A stretch of 63,890 nucleotides of DNA, filler included, from Phoronis australis (GCA_002633005.1; 7 parts of 7 records of this genome joined end to end with filler, not necessarily neighbours in it), one strand, 5' to 3'. Positions 37,993 to 51,160 are shown, numbered from the whole stretch's first letter. The notes: generated from the letters alone by a model not told the origin. Made by a program: numbers and translations.

Positions 37993-38050
37993 GTTTACTA
38001 TGGCAACGACCATATGCACGTAATAGAAGAATCTTCGTGTCTATGGTAAC
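37993..38050. promoter_or_regulatory. Two RFX X-box-like motifs
   Basis: GTTTACTATGGCAAC (37993-38007) and GTGTCTATGGTAAC (38037-38050) immediately upstream of the 7TM ORF. Confidence 0.5.
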
Positions 38051-38055
38051 GAAGC

Positions 38056-39072
38056 ATGTATAATTTTACGTCGTCAGTATACCAACTATTTGTTTTTACT
38101 GAAATACGCGAGTGTGTGGTGTGTCGTGATGGTATGGATATGACTACTAAAAATTTATGGATAATCAAAACGTCATTTCTTTTTGTCGGTTTCCTTGCTT
38201 ACGTTTTCCTGTTTTTCTGGTTAATGAAGAATCTTGGGAAAAAGGGAAAAACACGAATAGTTCAAGCATTGCTGATTCAGTCTACTTGTTTCATTTTCGT
38301 GCGTTACGCCGTGGTCGTCCGAACAGTAATTTTAGAAACCGGGATCTCGACGAACAGCAGCTTCACCATAGATGTGACACTGCAAGTCACGTGTGATTTG
38401 AAAATGTACTCCAACGTGGTCATCATGTCTTCATTCGCTGTCCTGTGTCACCAGTTATACAATGCTATTGACAGTCCTTTCTTGTTTAACGCTAACCAAA
38501 TCAAACTACGCTATGTGATTAAATGGATTTGCTTTCCTCTCATCTACGGACTTTTGATCATCAGTAGTCGTCACCTGCTAGTTGTATTCCGAGATTATGA
38601 AAACTTTCGCGTTCTGTCGTTGTACGACAATCCAGTTGCTTGTGTGTGTACTTTTAGGTTAGTTCAAGGCGTCTCTTTATTTTTAGGTGCCGTGGTGCCT
38701 TTACTTGCATGCACTGTATACGCTATAAAAATTTTCAAGCGGAAATTCATCGTTGGGCCATTCAACACAGGACAAGGTGAGCGAATTCGAAAGAAAATGC
38801 TTCTTCTCTTCAAACGATTGATGCCAATATTTACTGCAATATTTTTATCTACCTCAGTCAACAGCTTGCTATTGACACAAGAACAAGTTACTAGAGACGT
38901 TGTTAATATTGCCAACGAAATGATATTTTGGATTTTACCCGCGTATATGTTGGCCAACCCGTGTAAGAAGCAATTAATTCACCACATTGGAAGAATAAGA
39001 AGCTGGCTGTCAAGACTTAGCAGCAGCGTCACCGCCATTGCGGAAGCAGAGGAGGATCCTGCACGTGAATGA
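38056..39072 (+). CDS. Intronless divergent seven-transmembrane GPCR-like protein (true start possibly 38134)
   Basis: 338-aa ORF with seven hydrophobic segments; Cys at the top of TM3 and in ECL2; TM3 end HQLYNAIDSPF in place of DRYxAIxxP; VPLL in TM5; NP after TM7. Confidence 0.8.
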   Translation: MYNFTSSVYQLFVFTEIRECVVCRDGMDMTTKNLWIIKTSFLFVGFLAYVFLFFWLMKNLGKKGKTRIVQALLIQSTCFIFVRYAVVVRTVILETGISTNSSFTIDVTLQVTCDLKMYSNVVIMSSFAVLCHQLYNAIDSPFLFNANQIKLRYVIKWICFPLIYGLLIISSRHLLVVFRDYENFRVLSLYDNPVACVCTFRLVQGVSLFLGAVVPLLACTVYAIKIFKRKFIVGPFNTGQGERIRKKMLLLFKRLMPIFTAIFLSTSVNSLLLTQEQVTRDVVNIANEMIFWILPAYMLANPCKKQLIHHIGRIRSWLSRLSSSVTAIAEAEEDPARE

Positions 39073-41256
39073 CCTGCCCAAGGAAACTCGAAGAACCTGT
39101 CTCGGACTTCTTTATGACTGGGTTACTTATCGCACAGTAACATATAAAGTGGTACGCACAGTGCTCACCAGCTTTATTGTTGATTTTGGTCTGTGTTGTT
39201 TTTCAATTTATGCATGGTGTGATATTTGTTTTTTATCGTACGCATTTCCAAAAACAAAATCCACATGAAACGAGCGACCTTGGTCTGGGTTTCTTTATTT
39301 TTTTCGTCTCAAACCAGCGACAGTGATGCACTAATGACCGCCTGTGCTCGCTGACGCCAATCGTAGTGTGATTCTGACTGACTTGGCAGCCAGGGCTTTT
39401 AAATTTCTCTCTCCGCTTCGTTTTAATTTAAAAATCCATAAAACGGATTTTAATGCAGGGTAGCTCCGTCGAAACACAAGCCTAAATAATGCTCATTCAA
39501 CACAAATCCAAAAATTTCCAAACTTGACTGAATTTAATTCGATTTTTAGTTTAATTTTAAATAATTTATTTTTGGTGGTAGACCTATAATGGCCGTCGCA
39601 GTGAGTGACACTTGACTCATGAATTATGGGTACTCACTCAAATACCGTCAAATGTAATGAGGTTTCCTCGGAAATTCCACTCACTTAAAAATGATAGTAA
39701 AATAAGGCAAACACAAACAGGGCCCAAAGTTACGATATGTTTATATTTTAGGGGTATCTTTCGAGTGACAAGTCTCCTCCTGTGTTCTAAATTGGTGAGT
39801 GTAAAGGAAAGAGAACCTTTAAAGTTTATTGGTGTTGGCCTACCATAAAATTGCGAATTCGAAAATGTCACATGCAGGCGTTGTCTGTGACCTGAGGTGA
39901 TAACGGAAATACAATCCTTGAAAAAAAAAACACTCGAATCCTCTGTATTGAACGCGACTAACAGCATCTCCAGTTCCCTGTAATCAATCAGCAGGCACCG
40001 GATTTTCGCGTTTTGGACTTGTTCAGTTGAGTGGTTTCTCTCGGATGTACAGTTGTCTTTGTTTCTGCGATGGAGTCCTTTGTCTGCATGAACTTTTCGT
40101 TGTGTTCACCCCTTTTATGCATCTTCCCTGAAGATGTTTCATGAGAGACGAAGTACCGGAAAATTGTACTGTGTATAGCTTCTCGTTATATAATACGAAT
40201 ATGAAGACTCTAATTTTGTCTTTTGTGGTTTCCTTACTGACACGTGACGCGAGATCAGCCTGCCTACTAAGGCCATTAAAAACAAATGAAACGTCGTGTT
40301 TAACCAAACCTGTCTAAAATATAATGTATATAGATACTTTCTATAACGCATCGCGAGTCATTCTATACAAAACCCGGAAGCCTTAGCTAATGATATTGTC
40401 TTATTTATTTCTGAAAACCTTGTTTACAGCAAAAACTGTACTTCATTAACCCACCAACTGGTAACAGAGGAGGGCAAAAATTATGATTTGGCAATTCAAA
40501 AAAAATATTGAACTTATCACATGTAGAGTGAACATCCTTATCATTCCAATTCTTATAAAAATCGACTCTCTATCAACCGAATTGTGCCACTGTCAACGAG
40601 TACTTACATTTTTCTATTTCTTTCAACTTATCGAAAATAAGACGCCATTCAAAATCTCCATCCGGCTAAACAACTTTTTCGATTGATCTACTTATTTGTA
40701 AAGAACGCGTTTCATTTCATAAGGAATTAATTCATCAACACTAAAAACTAGGGCACGAATTGAATTGTATTTGATTTGTTGAAATTGCCACACCCGCACC
40801 ACATTTTCCATGAGATTTAAAAACGAACATGTGTCATCGTGTGGTTTATATAGTTTTAAATAAGTCGGTGTTGCTATTACGTCAAATTCAATGTGGGTTA
40901 CAAATTTATTGGCAAATTCTTTTTTAATTGACTTGTCCTCATCTCTACCTCTATCTCGCTAACAAATGATCGCACGTTTTCACTGAAGTGCAAAACACGT
41001 TTAATGTCCTGCAGTTCCGTATGTTCATTTGCATATACTGGCCGTATATTTGCTGAGTGTTAACACTTTTACGAGACAACGACAGAAATCAGCAAACATA
41101 AAAATTCTGAGAGATAAGGCTTTTGAAGTGATACAAATCCGAATTCTCTCACAGAAACCAACTTTTGGATGAATCATACCCCTTACCGTAACGAGTTTGA
41201 AATTTTCTCTTGTTTAGCTTAGGGGTGGTTGACCGTTCTGAGGTAGTGGCGTGTTT

Positions 41257-41331
41257 TCTCTTGGTCTAACACCTGACGATGGCCGGAAAATAGACCGACC
41301 GAAACGTCGTGACAATTTAAATAGACAAGAG
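41257..41331 (+). ncRNA. Penelope-type minimal type I hammerhead ribozyme motif
   Basis: cac-CTGACGA-t-GGCCGG-aaaataga-CCGACC-GAA-ACGT-C-gtg, with outer stem CTCTTG(G)TCTA / TAGACAAGAG. Confidence 0.7.
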
Positions 41332-42661
41332 GTCGATGTAAATAGACCAAGAGATTTTAAAAATAGTTGTTAGGGGTGGTTTCAAGTCATCGAAAGGACC
41401 GACAGTTTGTTATTGGTTGAGACCACGCTCTACAAGTTGACATGTCACGTCGCTTCATTTCATGATCTGAATATGGCCTTAACAAAAATATCAAACTGCC
41501 AGTTAGTTTCAAAGCCGGAAATCACTTCTCATCTGGGTTAGAAACACGTTCAATTTTATTTTGCAGCGGTAAGTATTATAAATCAAAACGACAGAACACG
41601 GATTTTAGCTGCCCGCTCTGAAGTACCTGGATCCGGTAAATAAGACGTCTAAAATTCNTCACGCAGAGTCATTATTGTCACTTTCTGACAATAATCTTTG
41701 TAGTTAACACTTTCGTGTTCAAGCTCTGTATCATAGCTACCAATAGACAATGCTTTAGAAAACTTGATGTTCACAACAAAAATGAGGAGTCTTAGAAAAA
41801 TCAGCAATGTTGATAATTGCTTTTCCCGAAATTGGGGAGACCAAATAGCAATTTTAGTTCATATTTTATCCTAAAAGTTATCAAAAAGAGAAAGCGCATG
41901 TTTTTTTAGTGCGAAAGACTCGCAGTCAACTTTATTTGGACTATTGTCTCTTTAAACTATCCATCTAGACGCGTTTGAGCGAAATTATCATGTCCTTTCA
42001 GAATGCCAAAATCTTTTCTATTTCCTCAGCCAGGCCTCCCGTTTTTGCGTATACACGTCACCGTTTGATGTGGTGTTACCACCAAACAAAACAGAACTTT
42101 TTCATATTGCGTAGACAGCAACCATAATAATAATAATTCTAAAAGTCACGGGCATTTGAATTCTCCAATAATAAATGCAAAAAATAATCAAGGTCTCAGA
42201 AATATTATTTATTAGAAAACGCAAAGACGTCGTCTTTGAGATTTTTCATGCCAGATCAAAGCTCATGATTCGTTTCTACAGCATATTAATGATCGGTGTT
42301 AGCAGCCTTATGTGCCAAACTCTGGTCCAGCAACTTTTTTGACTGACACACGAAAAATACAGTTTCAGTTCACCTGCCGGTATATCTTTTCACTGCTATA
42401 ATCAAACAAATGTGAACTAATTATGGCCGCAGAAACAATTGGTTAGCCTAATTAACACGTCTTCTTCATGACGTGAAGTTGTCAATTACACTGAATACTC
42501 GAAAGGATCGACTCATTATCCAGTGACAGTCCTGACAAATCAATCCCAAATCTTTTGTGTTGCTCATAGCATAAGTGTCATACCAGCTCAACAAAGTGCA
42601 GCGCGTACTGCTTTCCTTGTCATTCAAGCAGCTAAAGACAGTTTCATTTTGACGTTGGTTA

Positions 42662-43460
42662 TAGAGAACCGATTTTTATGATGGACATACTTTATGTCCC
42701 TCATAATAGACACTGATACGTGCGTCGTAAGCTCGTTACCAGAGATGAAAAGGAGACTGACGTAGGCGATATAAGGTCATTTATTATGACTCGTACAATT
42801 AGAAGTAAATGTAATGAATACAGTTAAGTAACATACAAATGACAATCTCTGGTGAGATGGGCAATAAAAAAGCGTCGGCCATGTGGAAGTACGAGAGAAT
42901 GACGAAAACTGGGAGGTAGAGGGTAGGAAAAATTCTTAAGTTTTGGAACGTACGACAATGTGGCCGGAACAAAAGTGAACTGAAAACAAGGTTACAATAA
43001 CAAAGAAATACGCCTAAGGACAATCATCAGCCAATAAGAGCCAAGAGCTGACCAAACTCGAGGCACGCGATAACAACAGACCAATACGAAGGCTGGGAAA
43101 CGACGTGTAGTCCTACACGAAGGAATAATGGAATAGACCGAAATAAGGGAGAAAGGAGTAAGACGGGTCCATATGCTCACACAAATATATTTAACAAGTG
43201 AAATACCATTTATGATCGACATATGTTCCAAATAATAGATAAATGATACGTGCATCGAAAGCTCGTTACCAGAGATGAAAAGGAGACTGAGGTAGGCGAT
43301 ATAAGGTCATATTTTATGACTAATACAATTACAAGTAAATATAATGAATACAGATAAGTAACATAAAAACGATAATCTCTAGTACGATGGACAATAAAAA
43401 AGCGTCACAAGAGATTTTGTAAGACAGCTCATGCCCTTGTAGAGAACCGATTTTTATGAT
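42662..43460 (+). repeat. Direct repeat of ~160-200 bp at ~530-bp spacing, bounded by a 21-bp direct repeat
   Basis: 42714-42876 is similar to 43244-43406; TAGAGAACCGATTTTTATGAT at 42662 and 43440. Confidence 0.8.
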
Positions 43461-43901
43461 TCGAAGACCGATTTCTGTTACTTTTTTGTGCTACATGTTT
43501 GTGAAATCACTCATTCTTGAAAATGTACAGGTCGTTTATTACATGAACATTATGACCCTGCTCGCAACGCTCGATTAACTCTGTAAATACAGTTTGAATG
43601 ATCATTGATGACTGACATTAGACGCCTCCGGCTTAGCGTTGTACATTTGATAATGGCCTGGTTATCTGGCGCTCGTACGCTCGACGTAGAAATCATTGCA
43701 AAATGACAAAGAATATATACAGGAAAATAAAACAACAATAATGGATCACTGAAATTTTCGGATATAATAACATCCTTCCTCAACAGAAACAGAAATAAAG
43801 GAAAATCAAAACACTATATGACAATTGACAGCTGACATATGGCGTATTGAACATGATGCATTGTTGCGGAAAAAAACAAAGGATATAATTTAAGAAGTCT
43901 T

Positions 43902-44266
43902 TACAAAACTCGATTTCGCGACCATAGATTTAACATAATACATAAAAAAATCTAATATTATATGTAATCATTTCAATTCCAAAAACCATAATCTTCAAGA
44001 TCTCGTGGGATATTACTTCATCTACGCCACTCTCGGTACGTTTTGTGTATTTATGTTCAATTCATTAGGTTCAAGTGTGTTAAGCTTATCTATACAAAAC
44101 TGTTCTCTTTTGAGACTGTGAGGGGTACTGGGGGTATTGGAGTTTTTTATTATTTGTACAAAAAGATCTTGTATATTATGTTTTTGGAAATGAAATGATT
44201 ATCTATAGTATCAGAAATGTTTTTATGTATTATGTTAAATCTATGATTGCGAAATCGAGTTTGTAG
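43902..44266. mobile_element. MITE with ~100-bp imperfect TIRs
   Basis: TACAAAACTCGATTTCGCGACCATAGATTTAACATAATACATAAAAA versus its reverse complement ending CGAAATCGAGTTTGTA. Confidence 0.8.
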
Positions 44267-46685
44267 ATTATTACTCTGGGTTTTCTTCAATTTTATTCTT
44301 ATTCTTATTCTTATTCTTCTTCCGACCAACTTTGAGGCTTAATAACTCCAAATTGGGTGCAGGTACGGTCGTTAAATTAAGCATATGACTTTTGACAGTA
44401 TATAAATTTTGATTGGTTATATAATCATATTCCATTATGTACCGGAAGAGGTCGTTTGGTGCAAAGGTCATGTAATTTTCAAAATGCTACTCCTCCTTCA
44501 GTTTTAAAGCTACTTTTTCAAATTCGGTGCACAGGTGTAAGTCAACATGACAACTTAAAAAATTACTTTTCTAAGTAATCGGGTCATCCAATCAGGTGAA
44601 ATAGGTCAAAGGTCATTACGTGCAAACTAGAATTTTGAGCTAGACACTTCAAATTGACAGGTCTGATTGCCACAGGTAAATCAAATCGGAATCCAAAGTT
44701 TCAGGTCATTTAGTGCAAACATGGGGTCATTAGGTGCATTTTTCTTCTGAAAATTTGACCTTTTCAATCAGCAAGTATTCTGATGTGTCAACCGTTAGAC
44801 AACTGTGATTCTCAGCGTTAAACACATTTTCCATGGGCTTTGCAACAATACTCCTAAAGATGCTTAAAATGCACCGGATAAGGTCAATTAGTGCAAAGGT
44901 CATGAAACGTTCAAAATGTTATATCTCTTACGTTTTTCAAGGAATTCTTTTCAATTTCAGCACACTGGTGTAAGACAACAAGCCAATTGAATACCTTACT
45001 TTACTTCGCAATAGGCCTAACCAATCAGAAAAAATAGTTCAAAGGTCATTGAGTGCAAACTAAAATTTTGAGCTAGAGAGTTCAGAATTACGTATCTGTT
45101 TACTAAGTGCGATTGAGTTTGAATTCTAAATTTTCAGGTTATTTGGTGCACCCATGGGGTCATTAGGTGCATTTTCTTCTGAAAGTTTGACCACTTCATT
45201 CATCTTGTATTCTGAAGTGCTTAAAGTAAAACATGTGTGATTATTAGCATCAACCACACTTTTAATTGAGTTTACAATTGTTCCCTGATCGGGGTTCATA
45301 ATGCATCGGAAGAGGCCAGATTAGTGGAAAGGTCATCAAAATATTAACATGTAATTTCTCCTACAATTTTAAAGAATTCCTTTTCATGTTGATAAACGGG
45401 TTGCTGTCAGTAACTTTCCAAAACAATTCTTGTAATGCGCACACGCAGAGTCCATTATTGTCACGCCGTGACAATAATCTTTCTAGTTCTTCTTATTCTT
45501 ATTCTTATTCTTCTTATTCTTCTTCCGACCAACTTTGAGGCTTAATAACTCCAAATTGGGTGCAGGTACGGTCTTTAAATTCAGCACATGACCATTGAGA
45601 GTATATAAATTTTGATTTGTTATATAATCATATTCCATTTTGCACCGGAATGGGTCGTTTGGTGCGAAGGTCATATAATTTTCAAAATGCTACTCCTCGT
45701 TCAGTTTTAAAGCTATCTTTTTCAAATTCGGTACACAGGTATATGTCAACATGACAATTAAAAAATTACTTTTCTAAGTAATCAGGCCATCCAATCAGGT
45801 GAAATAGGTCAAAGGTCATTAGGTGCAAACTAAAATTTTGAGCTAGACACTTCAAATTGACAGGTCTGATTGTCACAGGTAAATCAAATCGGAATCCAAA
45901 GTTTCAGGTCATTTAGTGCAAACAAGGGGTCATTAGGTGCATTTTTCTTCTGAAAATTTGACTTTCAATCAGCAAGTATTCTGATGTGTCAACCGTTAGA
46001 CAACTGTGATTCACAGCGTTAAACACATTTTCCATGGGCTTTGAAATAATTTTCCTAAAGATGCTTAAAATGCACCGGATAATGTCAATTAGTGCAAATG
46101 TCATCTAACTTTCAAAATGTTATATCTTAGGTTTTTCAAGAAATTCTTTTCAATTTCAGCACACTAGTGTAAGTCAACATGCCAATGGAACAACCTACTT
46201 AACTACGCAATAGGCCTAACCAATAAGAAGAAATAGGTCAAAGGTCATTGAGTGCAAAATCAAAATTTTGAGCTAGAGACTTCAAAATTACATATCTGTT
46301 TACTAAATGCGATTGAGTTTGAATTTTTAATTTTGGGGTCATTTGGTGCACCCATGTTGTCATTAGGTGCATTTTTTTCTGAAAGTTTGACCAATTCATT
46401 CATGTTGTATTCTGAAGTGCTTAAAGTAAACCATCTGTGATTCTTAGCATTCACCACACTTTAAATTGGTTTTACAATTATTCCCTCATCGGGGTTCATA
46501 ATGCACCGGAAGAGGTCAGTTAGTGGAAAGGTCATCAAAATATTAACATGTAATTTCTCCTACAATTTTAAAGAATTCCTTTTCATATTGGTAACCGGGT
46601 TGCTGTCAGTAACTTCCCATAACAATTCCTTTAATACGCACGCACAGAGTCCATTATTGTCACGCCGTGACAATAATCTTTCTAG
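44267..46685 (+). mobile_element. Head-to-tail dimer of a ~1.2-kb non-autonomous Helitron/Helentron
   Basis: Each unit has a (TTATTC)n head, ~430-bp internal subrepeats and a 3' hairpin ATTATTGTCAC-gcc-GTGACAATAAT followed by CTAG (45483-45486; 46682-46685). Confidence 0.85.
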
Positions 46686-47147
46686 TGTTGAGTTTATCCT
46701 ACGTATTTGATGGAACATTTTCAACATGTTACTAGCTAAATGATATTGTTGGTGGTGCAGTCAGAATAATGTTTTATTTCGAAGTTTTCATTGGTTTGGG
46801 AAGATTGGAAAAAAGTACTGTCGTTGATAAATTTACACATTTTACATCTAGATTCGTTACATTGTGTGTTGCCAATAGGTTTTTATCGTCCATATTTGCT
46901 CTAACTAAATAATTCTTTAGACTTTTTTTCTCCAAGAATTCATAGGTGGATGAGGAAATAGGTTTTCATTTGAGGAGAAAGTGCAGAGTGGAAACATGTT
47001 TTCTGAAGACGTGGCTAATTCCATTTAAATATGGATTGAACATAGTTATAGAAGGTATTCTATTATTAGTATTGTTTTTTGTTTTAGTTCTTAAAGATTC
47101 ATTTCTTGTCAGTGATTGAGCGGACTTTTTCAAACTGTGTGTGTATA

Positions 47148-47230
47148 AGAGGTGAGTAGAGGTGAGTAGAGGCGAGCAGCAGAGGTGAGCATTGGTGAGG
47201 AGGGGTGAGCAGAGGTGAGCAGAGGTGAGT
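47148..47230. repeat. Degenerate 10-mer (GAGGTGAGYA)n simple repeat
   Basis: About 7 imperfect copies. Confidence 0.8.
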
Positions 47231-47322
47231 TTCTGGAGGGCACAATTCAGAGTGAACTTTGTCTGTCATTGGGCATTTAGTGATCAGTGACATGTATTGA
47301 ATCACATGGTTGTGGTACAAAC

Positions 47323-48262
47323 CGTGAATAATACGCTTACAAAGAAGTTACTCATTTCTAGAGATATGCCCGAATTTTTATCGCTCGTCCGTCTGAGCGG
47401 CTTTTATCAGAATTAAAGAGAGTGCAGCGCCGCAGTCGGGTACTGCTGTGATGACTGCGTTGTCTGGTGCAAGGAAGACCCAATTAAATGGAATTATCCG
47501 ACTATAAACTGTATTAAACATCTCTGCCGGTACATAATGGCGAATTTTCAAATGCATTAACCAAACGAACATCACGGTGGTATTCAGCTGAAAAAAAAAA
47601 AACAACCAAGCAAGGTTTTCGATTTTTAAAATCGATGAAATAATAAGCTAAAAACTAAAAACATTGGGTACAATTGAAGATAAACGACCGTGTGTATTGA
47701 TATACTCGGTAGATTTACAAACGTTGATCAGAGTTAACAATATCACATGGATTATTTATTTAATATTCTTTCAACCTGTTTTAACTAGATTTTAGACTAG
47801 GAAACAGTTGCATTTAATTTTTGCTAACTCTTCATTTTTTATGACTGACAAACAGTTATGAGAATAGTTATGTAGCCAGTGCAACCGAAATTGTCCAGAA
47901 ATTCCAAATCTTCAGTTTGGCTATCACCATCATTTGTACTTTTGTATACATATTATGATTTGAGTTCTAATAAAGATTAAACTTGAACTTGATCGCTGTG
48001 ACATGTTTAGCGTAGCTGTAATCTGGAAAGTTCAGTTAACTTAACTAATTAAGCGCTGACAATCAAAATCTACCAGTGTTTTGGTACTCCAAGTTTAAAA
48101 ATAAAATAAAAAGATATCAACCCGTTCCCGGTAAAAAAACAGGTAGACAGGAGTATTAAAACCGGTATGAAACATATCGTTCCTTTGGGAAGTGGTCCTC
48201 GGTCAAGATAAACACATCAAATTAACTTTTTAGTCATTTTGTAATATTTAAAATGTACCAAG
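47323..48262 (+). repeat. Interspersed repeat family, copy 3
   Basis: Collinear with 22322-23275; abuts the retrotransposon remnant. Confidence 0.85.
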
Positions 48263-48274
48263 TCCAGATCACTA

Positions 48275-50125
48275 ATTGTCAACAAAAGCGTGTTGCTCAA
48301 GAGAAAGGCGTTTTCGATAACAGGTTGCAGAATTCCAACAATCAGTCAAGTGCCTCGGCAAGTACTATGATAGCAAACTACGAGACACATCCCGTGTTAA
48401 TCATGTGAATGCCCAGTTCAAGGTGTGACTGGAGAAGATCGACAAAGACGGCATACTCGGAAGATTCAAGCTCTGGTGCTACCAGTTCATCTTGCTCCCG
48501 AAAACTATGTGGCCACTGTTGATCTACAACTTCAGGTCATCTTAGGAAGAAGAAATGAAAAGAGCAGCAAGCCGATTCATTCGAATTAAGGTAGCTTGGT
48601 CTACCTGCGTCATTCAGCAACGTCGGGCTGTACTGCAAGCCGTCAAAACTTGTCCTCCCAGTCTCATCTGTGGTGGAAGAATATAAAGTTTCCCAAGTGC
48701 GAGCCAATATCACTGTGCGGACTACATCTGACCAGGCCATCAGTGGATGCAGCAGCCAGTCACGCACCGGCAGAAAATGGTCCACCACATCGACGACGAG
48801 CGAAGCAGAAAGTCGGCTGAGCCACAAGCAATTAATAGGAACAGCTTGCCAGAGTAGGCAAGAACTGCGCTACAAGACCGGGAAGCTAGCAAGGAAAAGT
48901 TTTAAAGACCCAGACAGAGATAGAATATTGAGGGAAGTTAGGTTGTCGGAGAACAAAGAAAGGTATGCCACGAGCGAAGCAGAAAGTCGGCTGAGCCACA
49001 AGCAATTAATAGGAACAGCTTGCCAGAGTAGGCAAGAACTGCGCTACAAGACCGGGAAGCCAGCAAGGAAAAGTTTTAAAGACCCAGACAGAGATAGAAT
49101 ATTGAGGGAAGTTAGGTTGTCGGAGAACAAAGAAAGGTATGCCCGAGTTTGGGAACAACAACGCAAGCTATAATACTACACCGAGCAGTCCAGATGGGTC
49201 AGCAGGTGGCGTGGACAAAGTGGGACAAAGACTTGAAAAGGGAAATAAAGTGGGCGGATTTGTGGAAGATGTCTCATTTGAAACCAAATTCCTCGTCAAA
49301 TCTGTTTATGATGCACTGCCTAATCCCAGCAACCTTGCTACTTGGGGCCTTACTGACGACCCAACTTGTATTCAATATGGACGCAGGTGTACTTTAGAAC
49401 ACATCCTATCATCTTGCAGCGCGTCTTTGGGATCAGGAAGGTACATCTCCCGACACAACAAGGTACTGAAAGTCTTCGCAAGGGTGTTGGTTGATGAAGT
49501 CAAGAGCAAACCAAAGTCGAGAAGCCACCTGATGGAATTCATCAGTTTTAGAAGAAGTGGCGATGAGGCAAGGCATCCTGCACACAACCAACGACTGGAA
49601 AGTGTGGGTTGATCTTGCCGGTCACCAGTCATTCTTCCCACAGCACGTTGTTCAGACTACCCAGCGCCCTGATTTGTTCATTTATTCGGACAGTTCTCGC
49701 CAGGTCATCCTGATCGAACTCAGAGTAGGGTCCCGGTGGAAGAGGCACATGAGCGGAAGAACCTGACGTATGCAGACCTGGAGAATGACTGCTACGTAAA
49801 CGGCTGGAGGTGTTGGAGTTTTTCTGTGGAGGTTGGCTGCCGGGGTTTTCCGGCCAGTTCAGTCACTGCTATGGCTAAGTCTCTAGGTGTCTCTGTGACA
49901 GGAAAGAAGGTTCTTTTACGCGATGTGGCCACCGAAACCGAACAGCATCTTGTTGGGTTTGGATGAATCACCAACAGTAATACCATCAAAAACTGTCACG
50001 CAGAGTCTGATCAACTCTGTTGTCTTGGTTTAGAGACGAAGCCATTAACGATATTAGGAGACCAACTGAAGATGACGGTTGAGCACAGTTCCACCAAGTA
50101 GTTGCAGGCTATGATCTCTGTGCAA
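48275..50125 (+). mobile_element. 5'-truncated, frameshifted HERO-clade non-LTR retrotransposon (restriction-like endonuclease type)
   Basis: RT end CLGKYYD; LEKIDKDGILGRFKLWCYQFILLP; RTGRKW; zinc knuckle FLVKSVYDALPNPSNLATWG..C..TLEHILSSC..RHNKVL; endonuclease RPDL..VILIEL..EEAHERK..Y..VEVGCRGF. Confidence 0.9.
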
Positions 50126-51160
50126 ATGCCAGAGAAAATCAGTTTGGGTGTTGTTGAGACAGTAGTTCTAGCTATTACCTTTCCATTTCATTAGGTCAGA
50201 TCTACATCAATACAAAGGGCGAGCTGAATAGGCATCATAAAAATTGTCTGGGGCTGATGGAATCTGACCGATTATCAGTGTAAGCGAGAACTTCTCCACA
50301 TGCAATTGCTGAATTACATGAGCAGATGAAAGCAGACAATAAGAGAGCTGGACTATGAAAACATTGGTTTGCTACCGTCAAACTGATAACGACACGACTG
50401 TATCGGCCTGGCAGATCAGTTAGTCGGGATACTTCTTCCACTGCGCGGGTGCGTAACGACAACTTCTGGTGTCAAGTGTCCAGATAATGGGGGTTTGTTC
50501 GGAAAATTTCTTCTTAAAAGACCTCTCAGAGTCAATTTTTGTCTCAAATTAAGTTTTGTGGAACATTTATCATTTACAAAAACGAACAAGGTGTTGGCGA
50601 ACTATGCATCTATTAACAGTATCCGTTTACAAGCCCCCCTTTTCCGAATAAACGCCCGGGCGCTTATTTGGTGTTACTAGAACACCTGAAAATTTTCATT
50701 TTCCGAATACACGCCCATGAGCTTATCTACGGAAAATCCCAGTACTTTTATTTATTTGTACGTCTTTGGTAGCACTGAACAGTTAGAGTGTAGCCATAGG
50801 ACATTTTCTAGTCTAGTCCGTAGAATTTAAATACAGGCCGTGTGTCAAGTTTGGTGGGTGGTTTGAGCAATTTGTTGAAAAAAATGCCAGGAAACTGATT
50901 TACTTTTCTTTTTGAATGAGAAAAGCCAAGTTTTTAGCCGTGACCCACTTTCCATGCAAAATGGTGGCTCAGCCGTTTGTTTTCAACCGCTGTCGCCTTG
51001 AGAAAACGGGTGCGATTTCAGGTGGCTGTTAGACGGATCGGAATTGCCAAAAAAGTAGCTAGTAAGGGGCGTACCATGACCACATTTTTAGAATCTAGAG
51101 AGAACAAGCATTCTGAATCTGTGGTCAGATTTTTCCTAGCACTTGCAGAGAATTAGTAAA

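Noticed and set aside
43240-43266. CGAAAGCTC as a second minimal hammerhead (and GAAACGTC at ~40288)
   Set aside because: No CUGANGA core or stem II upstream
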